Below, in pieces: positions 1 to 8,354 of a stretch of DNA of 42,315 nucleotides. This stretch comes from a virus (Duplodnaviria > Caudoviricetes). Every line of letters starts with the position of its first letter. Position 1 is the stretch's first letter. The DNA is taken from the IMG/VR virus record IMGVR_UViG_3300048574_000208, positions 1 through 42,315 of that record, one strand, 5' to 3'. Under the pieces are notes generated by a model, which had not been told where the DNA came from, made no database searches, and was given only the letters and a program-made list of their open reading frames with translations. A program made the translations under genes and the position numbers.

Positions 1-202
1 GCGGCCAAGAACACCGCCTTCACCCAGGCCGTCCTCAGCGCGGCGCTCGCGTCGGACACTGATACGCTCGACCACACGACCGGGTCGGCGGTCATCGCCG
101 GCAACAGCAACCTGATCCAGTACGGAACGAATCATCTGATCGCGGCCGGCGACTCAAACCTGATCCAGGTGCTCGTCGGTGGTGCGATCATCGCGTCGCA
201 CG
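1..202 (+). repeat. Terminal direct repeat, copy 1 (circular assembly overlap)
   Basis: Identical to 42114-42315 except C75 versus A42188. Confidence 0.95.
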
Positions 203-1101
203 AGAGCCAGATCGGCGCCGGTAGTCCGATGCCCTCTCGTTGCGCCATCCTGTCCAGCCGCAATTGCGGCGTCGAACTGGGCGCCTCGGGTGGTCGATCC
301 TACGTCGTCGCGGGCGGCTACCACGCATCCGGCCTCGTCGCCCCGTCGTGGCAGCTCCGCAGCAACGGCGGAACGGTACACGCGACCAATCTGTCAATCC
401 AGGGCCTCGACTACGCCGAGCTCTTTGAGAACGGCGACGGTATTCCGCAGAGGCCGGGACGCATCCAGACGCGGCGCGGCGCGCGCGCCCATCTTGCGCA
501 GCCCGGAGACCGCATCCTGGGGCCCGTCTCGGTGATGCCGACTGTGGTCGGTGGTGAAGACGGCATCGCCTGGTCTGGCCGGGTCGCCCGCGACAAGTGG
601 GGCGCCATCCTCTTTGAGGAGGTCGACGCCACCCAGAAGGTCTACGATCCCGAAGAGGTGAGGGCCTGGAATGCGCAGCGCGAAGCCTTGATCGTCGCGC
701 GCCGTGCGGCGCGCCAAGCCAAAAACAAGAGGCGCGTGCGCGAGCTTCGCGCCGAGCTCAAGGACCTCGCGCCGCCAGCGAAGAAGACCATCACCGAGCG
801 CGTGCGGCAGATGAGCCTCAACAAGGACTGGGACCCGACGCGTGAGCAGGTCTCGCGCCGCGACCGGCCGGACCAGTGGACGGTCGTTGGCCTGCTCGGT
901 CAGGTGCGCATCGCCATCGGCCCAAACGTCGCCGAGGGTGACGCGCTCATGCCAGGCAAAGACGGGATCGGCGTCACGGCGACCCGCGAGTATCTGCTCG
1001 ACGGCGTCATCCTGGGCGGCGCTCGCCTCGAGGTGATGCAGATCGTCGAGCCCTACTCCGAGGAGGAGGGCGAGGGCGTCGCGCTCTGCCTCGTCAGGTG
1101 A
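1..1101 (+). CDS. Tail fibre/appendage protein, 3' part, with C-terminal Peptidase_G2-type intramolecular chaperone (continues from 41697; about 505 aa joined)
   Basis: Frame +1 open from base 1 and in frame with ATG 41697 across the overlap; small-residue repeats (AIIAS, AILSS) then DYAELFE...PGDRILGPVS...RDKWG...WDP...R.DRP.W..VGLLGQV, as in phi29/GA-1 gp12 C-termini. Confidence 0.8.
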   Translation, partial: AAKNTAFTQAVLSAALASDTDTLDHTTGSAVIAGNSNLIQYGTNHLIAAGDSNLIQVLVGGAIIASHESQIGAGSPMPSRCAILSSRNCGVELGASGGRSYVVAGGYHASGLVAPSWQLRSNGGTVHATNLSIQGLDYAELFENGDGIPQRPGRIQTRRGARAHLAQPGDRILGPVSVMPTVVGGEDGIAWSGRVARDKWGAILFEEVDATQKVYDPEEVRAWNAQREALIVARRAARQAKNKRRVRELRAELKDLAPPAKKTITERVRQMSLNKDWDPTREQVSRRDRPDQWTVVGLLGQVRIAIGPNVAEGDALMPGKDGIGVTATREYLLDGVILGGARLEVMQIVEPYSEEEGEGVALCLVR

Positions 1102-1843
1102 CGCGGCGGGTGCGCATCGCGAACTCCATCGCCGCCCAGAAGTGGTCGATGAGCGCGGCGTCGGCGACCTGAACGCCGGTCTTCTCGAAGGGCCACTCAG
1201 CGCGAATCTTCACGTCCTCCTCGAGTGTCCACCAGAGCTTGAGGAACCGGGGCTGCACGGTCTTCTCGCCGAGCTCGCGATTGGCGTGCCACCCCCGCCC
1301 TCGTCCCGCTGCTTTGGAGTGTCGCGTGCGGCGGCCCATGGCCACAGGTCCGAAGGCGCCGTGCGGCATGGGTACACGCTCGAATACGCCTCGCTCAGGA
1401 CCCGAGCCGATCCGGAAAGGCCCCCGTTCGAACGGCGCGATGAACACGTTCGGCCGCTTCTTGAGCTTGTTCGGGAAGCTGTCCGGCTTGGTCACATCCT
1501 CGTCGCCTGGTCGCGCGGCGACCGGGACGCCGAGGGCCTTTCCCCGGGTGCCCGCCTTGGTCCCGCCGATGTCGTGCAGGGCCATCGGCAGATAGAGCGA
1601 CCCGACGCGCGCGGCGGGGTCGGCGTCCTTCTTGTCGGCCTTGTCGATCTGCAAGCTGCGCTCGACCCACTTCGACCGGACTGTGAAGTGGTCCGCGAGC
1701 GTGGATCGCAGCTCGTCGCGCACCTCTTGGGCGGTGCGCGTCAGGGTCAGCGCGATGGCGAACGGGAGCTGGGTCCGCTCGAGCTCGCCGAGGTCTTTCG
1801 CGACCTCTTCAAGGTTCGTCCGAATACCGTGTCTGACCGGCAT
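1094..1843 (-). CDS. Lambda gpZ-like / phage neck-tail completion protein
   Basis: N-terminus QLPFAIALTLTRTAQEVRDEL...F typical of gpZ-like phage proteins; very basic; strong SD GAGGAGG upstream. Confidence 0.55.
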   Translation of the reverse strand: MPVRHGIRTNLEEVAKDLGELERTQLPFAIALTLTRTAQEVRDELRSTLADHFTVRSKWVERSLQIDKADKKDADPAARVGSLYLPMALHDIGGTKAGTRGKALGVPVAARPGDEDVTKPDSFPNKLKKRPNVFIAPFERGPFRIGSGPERGVFERVPMPHGAFGPVAMGRRTRHSKAAGRGRGWHANRELGEKTVQPRFLKLWWTLEEDVKIRAEWPFEKTGVQVADAALIDHFWAAMEFAMRTRRVT

Positions 1844-1921
1844 CACCCCCCTCCTCTCGGCAGCAGCAGCTCAGGCACACCCAGGCTACTCGCAGCGCGA
1901 GACCACGAGGAGGGGGTAGCG

Positions 1922-2230
1922 ATGGGCTTTTTTGCTCCGGCCGAGAAACTGAAAGACCCGATCGCCATCAGCGCGACGACAGGCAATCACCAGGACATCG
2001 TCATCGGCCCGTGCTCGGCATTCCGTGTGACGCGCGCGTCGACGAGTGCCGGCAAGCTGCGGTTCCTGGCGCGCGACGCTTTGACCACCGCGTCCGCAAC
2101 CGCTGGCTACGAGCTCACCGCGGACTCTCCGGACAGCGGCTGGATCTTCGCCGACAAGACCACCCACCTGCGGATCTACGCCGACGGCGGCAACGTCGCT
2201 GGCCAGGTCTGGGCGACGGAGCGGGCGTGA
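1922..2230 (+). CDS. Hypothetical protein, 102 aa, beta-rich, possibly virion-associated
   Basis: SD GAGGAGG before ATG 1922; stop overlaps next start (GTGA). Confidence 0.7.
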   Translation: MGFFAPAEKLKDPIAISATTGNHQDIVIGPCSAFRVTRASTSAGKLRFLARDALTTASATAGYELTADSPDSGWIFADKTTHLRIYADGGNVAGQVWATERA

Positions 2231-3027
2231 TAGGCGGCCGCGCCGAAGAGGCGGCCCGCCACGTCCGAGCGATGATGCTCGGGCGCCGGCGCAAGCTCGC
2301 CCCCGAGCGGCACTACTACCCGCTCGACGGCCTTGCCGAGCGCATCCGCGTCGTCGACGCGCGCGCTGCAGCCTCGGGCGACTACTGCCTGATCATCAAG
2401 GTGCAGGGCCCGAACGCCAGCCAGAACTTCGGGTCCATCGCTCACCTGAGTGACCCGGCGGGAGCGGCCGCGCCGACCTACGGAAACTTCACCGATGGCC
2501 TCAGCTCTCTCTCGACGAGCTCTCGCCATCGCGCCGCCGGCCTCCAGCTCTTGGGCGCCTCCAACTACGGCGTGCAGCAGTCGAGCGGCAGCGGTGCCGC
2601 TCAGCGCCACGTGCAGATGATCGGCCGCGACCTCGTGCGGAATCTCGTGCGCACGCGCGTGATCGACCGCGCGGGCACGGTCGTGTGGTCGCCGTCGGAC
2701 CAGGCCACGGTGCAGGACAGCGACCCGCGCACGCTGTCGATCGGCGCGATCGTCGGCCCCGACGGCTCGTCCCCGACCCTCTTCGCCGCGTACCACTTCG
2801 TCGCCGCCGTGCTCCTGCCGGCCCCGAACACCACCGACGTCTTGCTCACGCAGTACGCGAGCGACACCTGCCACGACGCTCGCGAGGTCTGGGGCGCATC
2901 CGCCATCACCTGGTACGGCACCGCGACCGGCCTCCTGGGCCAGGGCACGGGCCCGCTCCTGCCGACCGTCGGGACCACCCTCGGCGTCTGCAGCGGGATG
3001 AACGCAAGCAAGCTGGTGAGCCTATGA
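2227..3027 (+). CDS. Hypothetical protein, about 266 aa, Gly/Ala/Ser/Thr-rich, possible secondary fibre or structural protein
   Basis: Coupled to both neighbours (GTGA and ATGA overlaps); composition resembles structural proteins. Confidence 0.6.
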   Translation: MIGGRAEEAARHVRAMMLGRRRKLAPERHYYPLDGLAERIRVVDARAAASGDYCLIIKVQGPNASQNFGSIAHLSDPAGAAAPTYGNFTDGLSSLSTSSRHRAAGLQLLGASNYGVQQSSGSGAAQRHVQMIGRDLVRNLVRTRVIDRAGTVVWSPSDQATVQDSDPRTLSIGAIVGPDGSSPTLFAAYHFVAAVLLPAPNTTDVLLTQYASDTCHDAREVWGASAITWYGTATGLLGQGTGPLLPTVGTTLGVCSGMNASKLVSL

Positions 3028-3245
3028 GTGTCGAGCGCTACCTCTCGGTCGACGATGGCGCGCGCGATGCTCTCGCCGCGCTCGGTCTCGACGTCACCTA
3101 CGGGGCGCTGCTCGCCGACGGCAGCACGCTGGGCAAGGTGTGGCTCGAGGCCCTGCCAGAGCTTCCCGAGGGCGTCGAGGACCTCGGCACCGACGGCGCT
3201 GCGCTGCTCGAGCTGCTCGCCCCCGCACCGGAGGGCTGGCCGTGA
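3024..3245 (+). CDS. Hypothetical acidic protein, 73 aa
   Basis: ATGA and GTGA overlaps with both neighbours. Confidence 0.6.
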   Translation: MSVERYLSVDDGARDALAALGLDVTYGALLADGSTLGKVWLEALPELPEGVEDLGTDGAALLELLAPAPEGWP

Positions 3246-3973
3246 TGATTCCAGGCATCGACGTCTCGGCGCATCAGCCGCACATCGACTGGCAGGCCGT
3301 CGCGGCCTCGGGCCAGCGCTACGCCTTCATCAAGGCCACCGAGGGCCACCGCTACAGCTCGCCGACCTGGTGGGCTCAGGTCGAAGGGGCCCGGGCCGCC
3401 GGGCTCTTCGTGGGCGGCTACCACTTCGCTCGGTGGGAGCTAGACAATCCCGAACGCCAGGCCGAGCACTTCGCACGCATGCTCGAGATCCTGCTCGGCC
3501 CTCCGCAGCTTCCTCCCGTGTTGGACCTCGAATGGTGTTCGACGGGCAAGAAGGACGCGGATGGGAAGACCATCTATCACAAGCGGCCCGCGCACGAGAT
3601 CGCCGACTGGGCCGGCCGGTTCCTGCGTCGGCTGCACGAGCTGACCGAGCGGACGCCGCTCGTCTACACCGGGCCCAGCTTCGTGAAGAGCTACCTCCCG
3701 AAGGCCGGCAAGCCTGGCTGGGACGACCTGCAGTTCGTCGCGTCGCACCCGCTCTGGGCGGTCGACTACACGCGCGGCGCGAAGGCTCCCCGCGAGGTCC
3801 TCCCAGGCTGGGAGTGGACCTTCTGGCAGTGGATCGGCAGCAGCACGAAGACCGCGCTCGGAGGGCGCGTGCCCGGCGTGACCAAGAAGGACGGCAAGAC
3901 GCTCGTCGACTGCGACCGCAACTGGTTCTGCGGCAGCGAGCCGGAGCTCGCGCTCTTCGCGGGGGTGACATGA
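3242..3973 (+). CDS. Endolysin, GH25 muramidase
   Basis: GIDVSAHQ..IDW, FIKATEG, GGYHFA, PPVLDLE (DxE), WTFWQW and terminal D.N motifs. Confidence 0.92.
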   Translation: MMIPGIDVSAHQPHIDWQAVAASGQRYAFIKATEGHRYSSPTWWAQVEGARAAGLFVGGYHFARWELDNPERQAEHFARMLEILLGPPQLPPVLDLEWCSTGKKDADGKTIYHKRPAHEIADWAGRFLRRLHELTERTPLVYTGPSFVKSYLPKAGKPGWDDLQFVASHPLWAVDYTRGAKAPREVLPGWEWTFWQWIGSSTKTALGGRVPGVTKKDGKTLVDCDRNWFCGSEPELALFAGVT

Positions 3974-4962
3974 TCCCGGTCTTCGATGACGGCGGCATCA
4001 CCCTCTATCGCGGCGACTCGCGCGCCGTGCTCGAGGAGGTGGAACTCGACCCGGTCGACCTCCTGCTGAGCGACCCGCCGTATGGGATGGGCTACCGCTC
4101 GACCCTCGGTGTCACGATCGCGGGCGACCGTCGTCGTGAGGCCCTGCCGCTCGTCGAGCGGGTCCTCGAGCTGACGGTGCCGCAGCTCGTCGAGGACGCG
4201 CACGCCTACCTGTTCTGCCACTGGGCCTCATGGCCTGGGTTCTTCGAGCTCGCGCGCCACCACTTCGACCTCAAGACCGCGCTCGTGTGGTGGAAGCGCC
4301 GCGGCGGCATGGGCGACACGAAGTGCTCCTACGCCCCGGACTACGAGGTGATCCTCCATGGCATCCGTGGTCGCCGCCCTCTCGCCGGCGGTCGCGACGG
4401 CGCCGTGCTCGACACCTTCGACCCGCCGGGCCCGGCCGGCCGCCACCACCCCACCGAGAAGCCGCTCGAGCTGCTGCGCTACCTCATCACGAAGAGCGCC
4501 CGACCGGATGGCCTCGTCCTCGACCCCTTCGCGGGCTCGGGCTCGACGCTGGTCGCCGCCGCAGAGGTCGGCCGTCGCGCCGTCGGCATCGAGCTCGACG
4601 AGAGCTACTGCGCGATCGCGGCGCGGCGCATCGCCGACGCCCTCGAGCGTCGCGCGCGCTTCGAAGGCGGCCAGGTGGTGGCGGACGATCCGGCGATGCT
4701 GCGCCTCACAAAGCGGGGGCGCGGCTATCGGGGCGCGGTCGTCGGCGCGGAGTCGTGGTGGACGATCGAGTCGTGGGACACGCTCGTGGCCGTCGACGTC
4801 TACAGGCCCGTCCTGACCGGCGAGGTCCTCGCCGACGGGGCGGTCGTGCACCTGGTCGAGCGGGACGAGGCGGGCGACGCGGTCAGCTCTGAGATCGCGA
4901 CCTGGCCAGTCCAAGGGCGCGTTGAGCACGTGCGGTGCGCGACGCTGTTGGAGGCGGCATGA
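3970..4962 (+). CDS. DNA N6-adenine/N4-cytosine methyltransferase (beta class) with about 90-aa C-terminal extension
   Basis: DPPY catalytic motif precedes HPTEKP and VLDPFAGSGST (FxGxG); ATGA-coupled to the endolysin. Confidence 0.92.
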   Translation: MIPVFDDGGITLYRGDSRAVLEEVELDPVDLLLSDPPYGMGYRSTLGVTIAGDRRREALPLVERVLELTVPQLVEDAHAYLFCHWASWPGFFELARHHFDLKTALVWWKRRGGMGDTKCSYAPDYEVILHGIRGRRPLAGGRDGAVLDTFDPPGPAGRHHPTEKPLELLRYLITKSARPDGLVLDPFAGSGSTLVAAAEVGRRAVGIELDESYCAIAARRIADALERRARFEGGQVVADDPAMLRLTKRGRGYRGAVVGAESWWTIESWDTLVAVDVYRPVLTGEVLADGAVVHLVERDEAGDAVSSEIATWPVQGRVEHVRCATLLEAA

Positions 4963-5285
4963 GCAGCATCGTGCGGACATCGAGGCGGATCTGGGTAGTC
5001 GTGAGCGCCGCTGTCGTGGTCGTCGGCGCAATGGTCGCCATCGTCCGGGCGATCGTGAAGGTCGACGAGGTCGAGGACAAGGTCTTCGTGGTCGAGTCGA
5101 CGGCCGCCGCCACAAAGAAGGAGCTCAAGGCCGAGATCGAGTTGCTCCGGCGGTACGAGCGGCGCAATACGGGCCGCATCCACAAGATCGACGCGAAGGC
5201 CGACATCATCATGGAGCGCCTCGGGATACCCATCCCAGCTCACCTCCGCGCACCCACCGACCCCGAGGAGCTCGAGCATGAGTGA
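4959..5285 (+). CDS. Single-TM coiled-coil protein (holin/antiholin candidate)
   Basis: N-terminal hydrophobic helix IWVVVSAAVVVVGAMVAIV then charged coiled coil; lies in lysis cassette. Confidence 0.6.
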   Translation: MSSIVRTSRRIWVVVSAAVVVVGAMVAIVRAIVKVDEVEDKVFVVESTAAATKKELKAEIELLRRYERRNTGRIHKIDAKADIIMERLGIPIPAHLRAPTDPEELEHE

Positions 5286-5595
5286 CACCGCCTTCTGGCT
5301 CACCCTCCTGACCGCGCTGGCGCTCGCGTCCTACTCGGTCAGGCTGCTGATCTACGCGCCCCCCGCCGAGCGCCCGAAGCGCGCGGCGCTGCTCGCGTCG
5401 TCGGCGCTGCTCGGCGTGCTCGTCGTCGGCTGGGCCGACACCTGGGCCTCGTGGCCTGCCGGCGTCATCGGCGGCCTCGCGGTCGTCGAGCTCGGCGCGG
5501 TCGTCCTGCGGCGGGTCCGGCGAGAGGTCGACTCGTCGCCGTCGCCTCGAGGTGACGCCGACACGCCGCCGCGAGCTCGGAACGACGCGTCGTGA
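5278..5595 (+). CDS. Putative holin (three TM helices, charged C-tail)
   Basis: Three hydrophobic segments, 105 aa, lysis-cassette context. Confidence 0.6.
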   Translation: MSDTAFWLTLLTALALASYSVRLLIYAPPAERPKRAALLASSALLGVLVVGWADTWASWPAGVIGGLAVVELGAVVLRRVRREVDSSPSPRGDADTPPRARNDAS

Positions 5596-5969
5596 CCTGG
5601 CTCCGGCGACACGGCCCTCTGGCCGCCGCGGTCGTCCTGGCCCTGCTCTGGGCCCTGCACGAGCGCTCCGGACGCCTCGGCGCCGAGGCCCGGCTCGAGG
5701 TCGAGAGGGCGCTGACCGAGAGCCGCGAGACCCTGCGTGCGGGCCTCGACCGAGCACGGGCGCAGGCCGACGTGCAGCGCGCCGCCATCGAGGGCGCGCG
5801 GGCTATCGCTCGGGCAGTCGCCGACGCCGAGCGTGCCGCGGCCGACGAGGACCTCCGACGCGCGGCGCAGGAGGCCAAGGACATCGACGAGGAGTTCGCG
5901 CGCACAGGCCGGGTCACCGAGTCGGCGCGGCGCGTGTGGAGAGAGATGCAGCGGGGCACGGCGCCCTGA
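5592..5969 (+). CDS. Rz/i-spanin-like protein
   Basis: N-terminal TM anchor followed by long Ala/Arg/Glu coiled coil; downstream of holin candidate. Confidence 0.55.
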   Translation: MTWLRRHGPLAAAVVLALLWALHERSGRLGAEARLEVERALTESRETLRAGLDRARAQADVQRAAIEGARAIARAVADAERAAADEDLRRAAQEAKDIDEEFARTGRVTESARRVWREMQRGTAP

Positions 5970-6011
5970 GCTGCCTGACGGTGACCGGCCGGACCCGGTC
6001 GAGGAGGCGAG

Positions 6012-6419
6012 ATGCTGAGAGCGATCCTGATGGGCCTCGTGGCCCTGCTGATGATGAGCCCCGCGGCGATGGCCGCGCCCGACACCACCCCGAGCGACAC
6101 GAGCGAGATCATGCAGACCGACACCGCCCAGCCGGCGGGCATCGAGCTCACCGAGCTCGCGCCGCGCTACGTCACCGACTCGAGCGAGCGTCGCGTCGGC
6201 GTGAGCTTCGATTGCCCGAGCTGCCGCCTGCACCGCGTCGTGGTGATGGTCGACCCGCCCTTCGACTCGGGGCTGCCCGCCGAACACCCGTGGGCGAGAC
6301 GCGGCGAGGCCTGGGCCACGCTGACGCTCTCACCGTCGGTGGTCGCCCACAGACGAGACCAGCAGGGCCGACTCGTCGAGTGCTGGCACGGTCATATCCG
6401 CTCGGGTCGGGCGGTCTGA
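6012..6419 (+). CDS. Secreted small Cys/His protein (DUF6527-like)
   Basis: SD GAGGAGG; signal-peptide-like N-terminus; F.CPSC..H...W...G....LTLSPSV...CWHG.I..G pattern. Confidence 0.55.
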   Translation: MLRAILMGLVALLMMSPAAMAAPDTTPSDTSEIMQTDTAQPAGIELTELAPRYVTDSSERRVGVSFDCPSCRLHRVVVMVDPPFDSGLPAEHPWARRGEAWATLTLSPSVVAHRRDQQGRLVECWHGHIRSGRAV

Positions 6420-6420
6420 G

Positions 6421-6870
6421 ATGGCCGCCCGCCTCGCGGAGTGGGCGCTGCCGCTGACGGTGGTCGTCGCCCTGGTCGACTGCGCCAGCCCTGCGAGGGC
6501 GGGTGAGCCGACCTACCTCCGCGCAGGCGAGCCGGCCCCCTACGACGGCGAGCACGTACCCTCGCCGCTGCTGCAGCGCCTGCTCAAGGCGGACGCTGCC
6601 CGCCGCACCGCCGAGGGTCACACCCGGGCCGTGCGCGCGGAGCTCACCCGCACGACCGCCGACCTGGTCGCCGAGCGAGCACAGCGGGAGGCCGACCGGG
6701 CGGAGGCCGAGCGCCGGGACCGAGAGTGGTCCGCGGCGCTCGCTCGGTGTGAGGAGGTCGCGCGCGAGAGCGTGCAGCCCGCCTCGGTGTGGTCGAGCCC
6801 GATCCTGTGGGGCACGGTGGGCGTGGTGGTCGGGGTAGCCCTCGGGGTCGCCGCTGCCGAGGTCCTGTGA
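6421..6870 (+). CDS. Spanin-like envelope protein (signal peptide, coiled coil, C-terminal TM)
   Basis: Hydrophobic N-terminus with Cys21, GEPAPYDG motif, coiled coil, C-terminal TM ILWGTVGVVVGVALGVAAA. Confidence 0.55.
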   Translation: MAARLAEWALPLTVVVALVDCASPARAGEPTYLRAGEPAPYDGEHVPSPLLQRLLKADAARRTAEGHTRAVRAELTRTTADLVAERAQREADRAEAERRDREWSAALARCEEVARESVQPASVWSSPILWGTVGVVVGVALGVAAAEVL

Positions 6871-7115
6871 GCGCCTGCCAGCAGTGCGGCGGCCTCGGCG
6901 AGGTCGACGTGTCGCACGGACGCAAGACGAGGCGGGTCCCCTGCCGGTGCCTAAGGGATCGGGTCACGGCGCTCGAGCGGGAACTGGCCGAGCTCCGCAC
7001 CATGCTACTCGCCACCGTACCCCAGGCGCTTGATCACCGCCCGGTTGTCGCGCCAGAACTCGGTCACGACGGTGCGGAGGGCCTGAGCAGTCTCGGCGGT
7101 GAGCGCCTCGAGTAG
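6867..7115 (+). CDS. Small Zn-finger/coiled-coil protein
   Basis: GTGA-coupled; CQQCGGLG...PCRC then heptad repeat; 3' end overlaps the convergent gene by 111 nt. Confidence 0.5.
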   Translation: MSACQQCGGLGEVDVSHGRKTRRVPCRCLRDRVTALERELAELRTMLLATVPQALDHRPVVAPELGHDGAEGLSSLGGERLE

Positions 7116-7565
7116 GCGCGCGAGTAGCTCGGGGTCCACGCCGTGTTTTTCGGCGAGGCTCTCGCCGCCCTGCGCGGCGATCTGGTTGGCCTCGGCGATC
7201 TCGCCCGCAGTGATCTTGGGGCCCCATCCGGGCGTGAGCCAGGTCCCATTGAGCGCGTCGCACGCGACGCAGATCGCCTCCTTGGTCCACCCCGCCTTCT
7301 CGAGAGCCGCGAGCGCGTCGAGCGTCGCCTCGACGGCCTGACCGATCAGCGACTGCAGCGCCTCGGCTGGCTCGGTGTAGTAGCGCCTAGCGGCTTGCAA
7401 CACCGTGCGGCCCTCGACGAGCTCGGCGACCGAGGCGGTGGTGAGGTCGAGCTCCCGCGCCCAGCGCACGGCCTGGCGAACGAACTCTGGGGCGTCGGCG
7501 AGGGTGTCGAGGTAGGCGAGCAGCTCGTCGCCGAGGCGGATCTTGTAGGGGTCGCTCAGAGCCAT
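7005..7565 (-). CDS. Putative RHH-type DNA-binding regulator with helical C-terminal domain
   Basis: SD AGGAG before ATG 7565; N-terminal YKIRLGDELLAYLD...PEFVRQAVR fits a strand-helix-helix pattern; C-terminal CDALNGTW...KHGVD...FW. Confidence 0.6.
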   Translation of the reverse strand: MALSDPYKIRLGDELLAYLDTLADAPEFVRQAVRWARELDLTTASVAELVEGRTVLQAARRYYTEPAEALQSLIGQAVEATLDALAALEKAGWTKEAICVACDALNGTWLTPGWGPKITAGEIAEANQIAAQGGESLAEKHGVDPELLARLLEALTAETAQALRTVVTEFWRDNRAVIKRLGYGGE

Positions 7566-7615
7566 TACAGTGTCTCCTGTTGTCGCCCTGGGTCTCCGGG
7601 GCGATGTCATCACGG

Positions 7616-7640
7616 GGCCGGGCGCGCAGTGCGCCCGGCC
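7616..7640. other. Perfect 10-bp GC hairpin between the two cassette genes
   Basis: GGCCGGGCGC-gcagt-GCGCCCGGCC; no U-tract, so attenuator or stabiliser rather than classic terminator. Confidence 0.5.
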
Positions 7641-7648
7641 TTGTCCTT

Positions 7649-8302
7649 TCAGGCGACGCCATCCCAGCCCGCGACGATGGCGCCCTCGACCATGCGGCCG
7701 TCCCGCCAGTCGATGCGGCGCACGAGGCCGTTGGTCAGCTCATACCAGCCGGACCCGGTGACCGGCTCGGTCGTGGGGGCGTTGAGGTAGTCCGCGAGCT
7801 TGCGGGCGACGATCGGCCGGGCCGTCTCGTCCGTGTCCTTGGGCCACGTCTGGGCGAGGTACTCCTCGAGCCCGTCGGTGTCGGTGGGGCCTTCGTTGGC
7901 GACCCACTCGGCGACCGATTGGTCACCGACGTACTGCTCCCACGCCTGGCCCGGCGAGAGCATCCTGGCGACCTCCTCGGCGTCGTCCTGCCCGTCCCAC
8001 ATGAGGCGCTCGAGCTCCTCGTCCTGCGCAGCCTGCGCTTCGTCGAGGTCCGCCTCGAGCCGGGCCTCGTCCTCCTCAGTGTCGAGCTCGTCGAGCGCCT
8101 CGTCCGCCCGCTGCGCGGCGTAGATGCGCGCCTCGATGTCCTCGGCGGTGTCACCGGCCTGAGCCGAGACCTCGACTCCGTCGGCGACCACGACGATCTC
8201 GCCGCGGTCCTCGGCCATCTCGGCCGCAGTTTGGAGGCCGCGCAGGCCCTGGAGGCCCTGGCAGATCGTCTCGGAGGTGGTGGTGTAGATGTCGATGTTC
8301 AT
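7649..8302 (-). CDS. Highly acidic hypothetical protein (DNA-mimic / anti-defence candidate)
   Basis: 217 aa; hand count about 52 D/E versus 15 K/R; SD AGGAG; has its own promoter. Confidence 0.8.
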   Translation of the reverse strand: MNIDIYTTTSETICQGLQGLRGLQTAAEMAEDRGEIVVVADGVEVSAQAGDTAEDIEARIYAAQRADEALDELDTEEDEARLEADLDEAQAAQDEELERLMWDGQDDAEEVARMLSPGQAWEQYVGDQSVAEWVANEGPTDTDGLEEYLAQTWPKDTDETARPIVARKLADYLNAPTTEPVTGSGWYELTNGLVRRIDWRDGRMVEGAIVAGWDGVA

Positions 8303-8354
8303 GGTCGGTCTCCTGGTTTGTTGGGGCGCTGTCCAGGCGCCTCGTCATCACTGA

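Noticed and set aside
1-202. Terminal repeat with an A/C mismatch in a tail-fibre gene, as possible DGR template/variable repeats
   Set aside because: Only one mismatch, no reverse transcriptase gene, and the copies lie exactly at the contig ends; best explained as circular overlap with a read error or minor variant
1094-1846. Invertible segment (Gin/Cin-type) explaining the reversed gene next to the tail fibre
   Set aside because: No invertase gene and no inverted repeats seen flanking both ends of the gene
3028-3969. Long N-terminal extension of the MTase in the ORF track (644 aa)
   Set aside because: Overlaps the endolysin in another frame and is low-complexity; the likely start is the coupled ATG at 3970
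7616-7640. Rho-independent terminator
   Set aside because: Strong stem but no convincing U-tract on either strand
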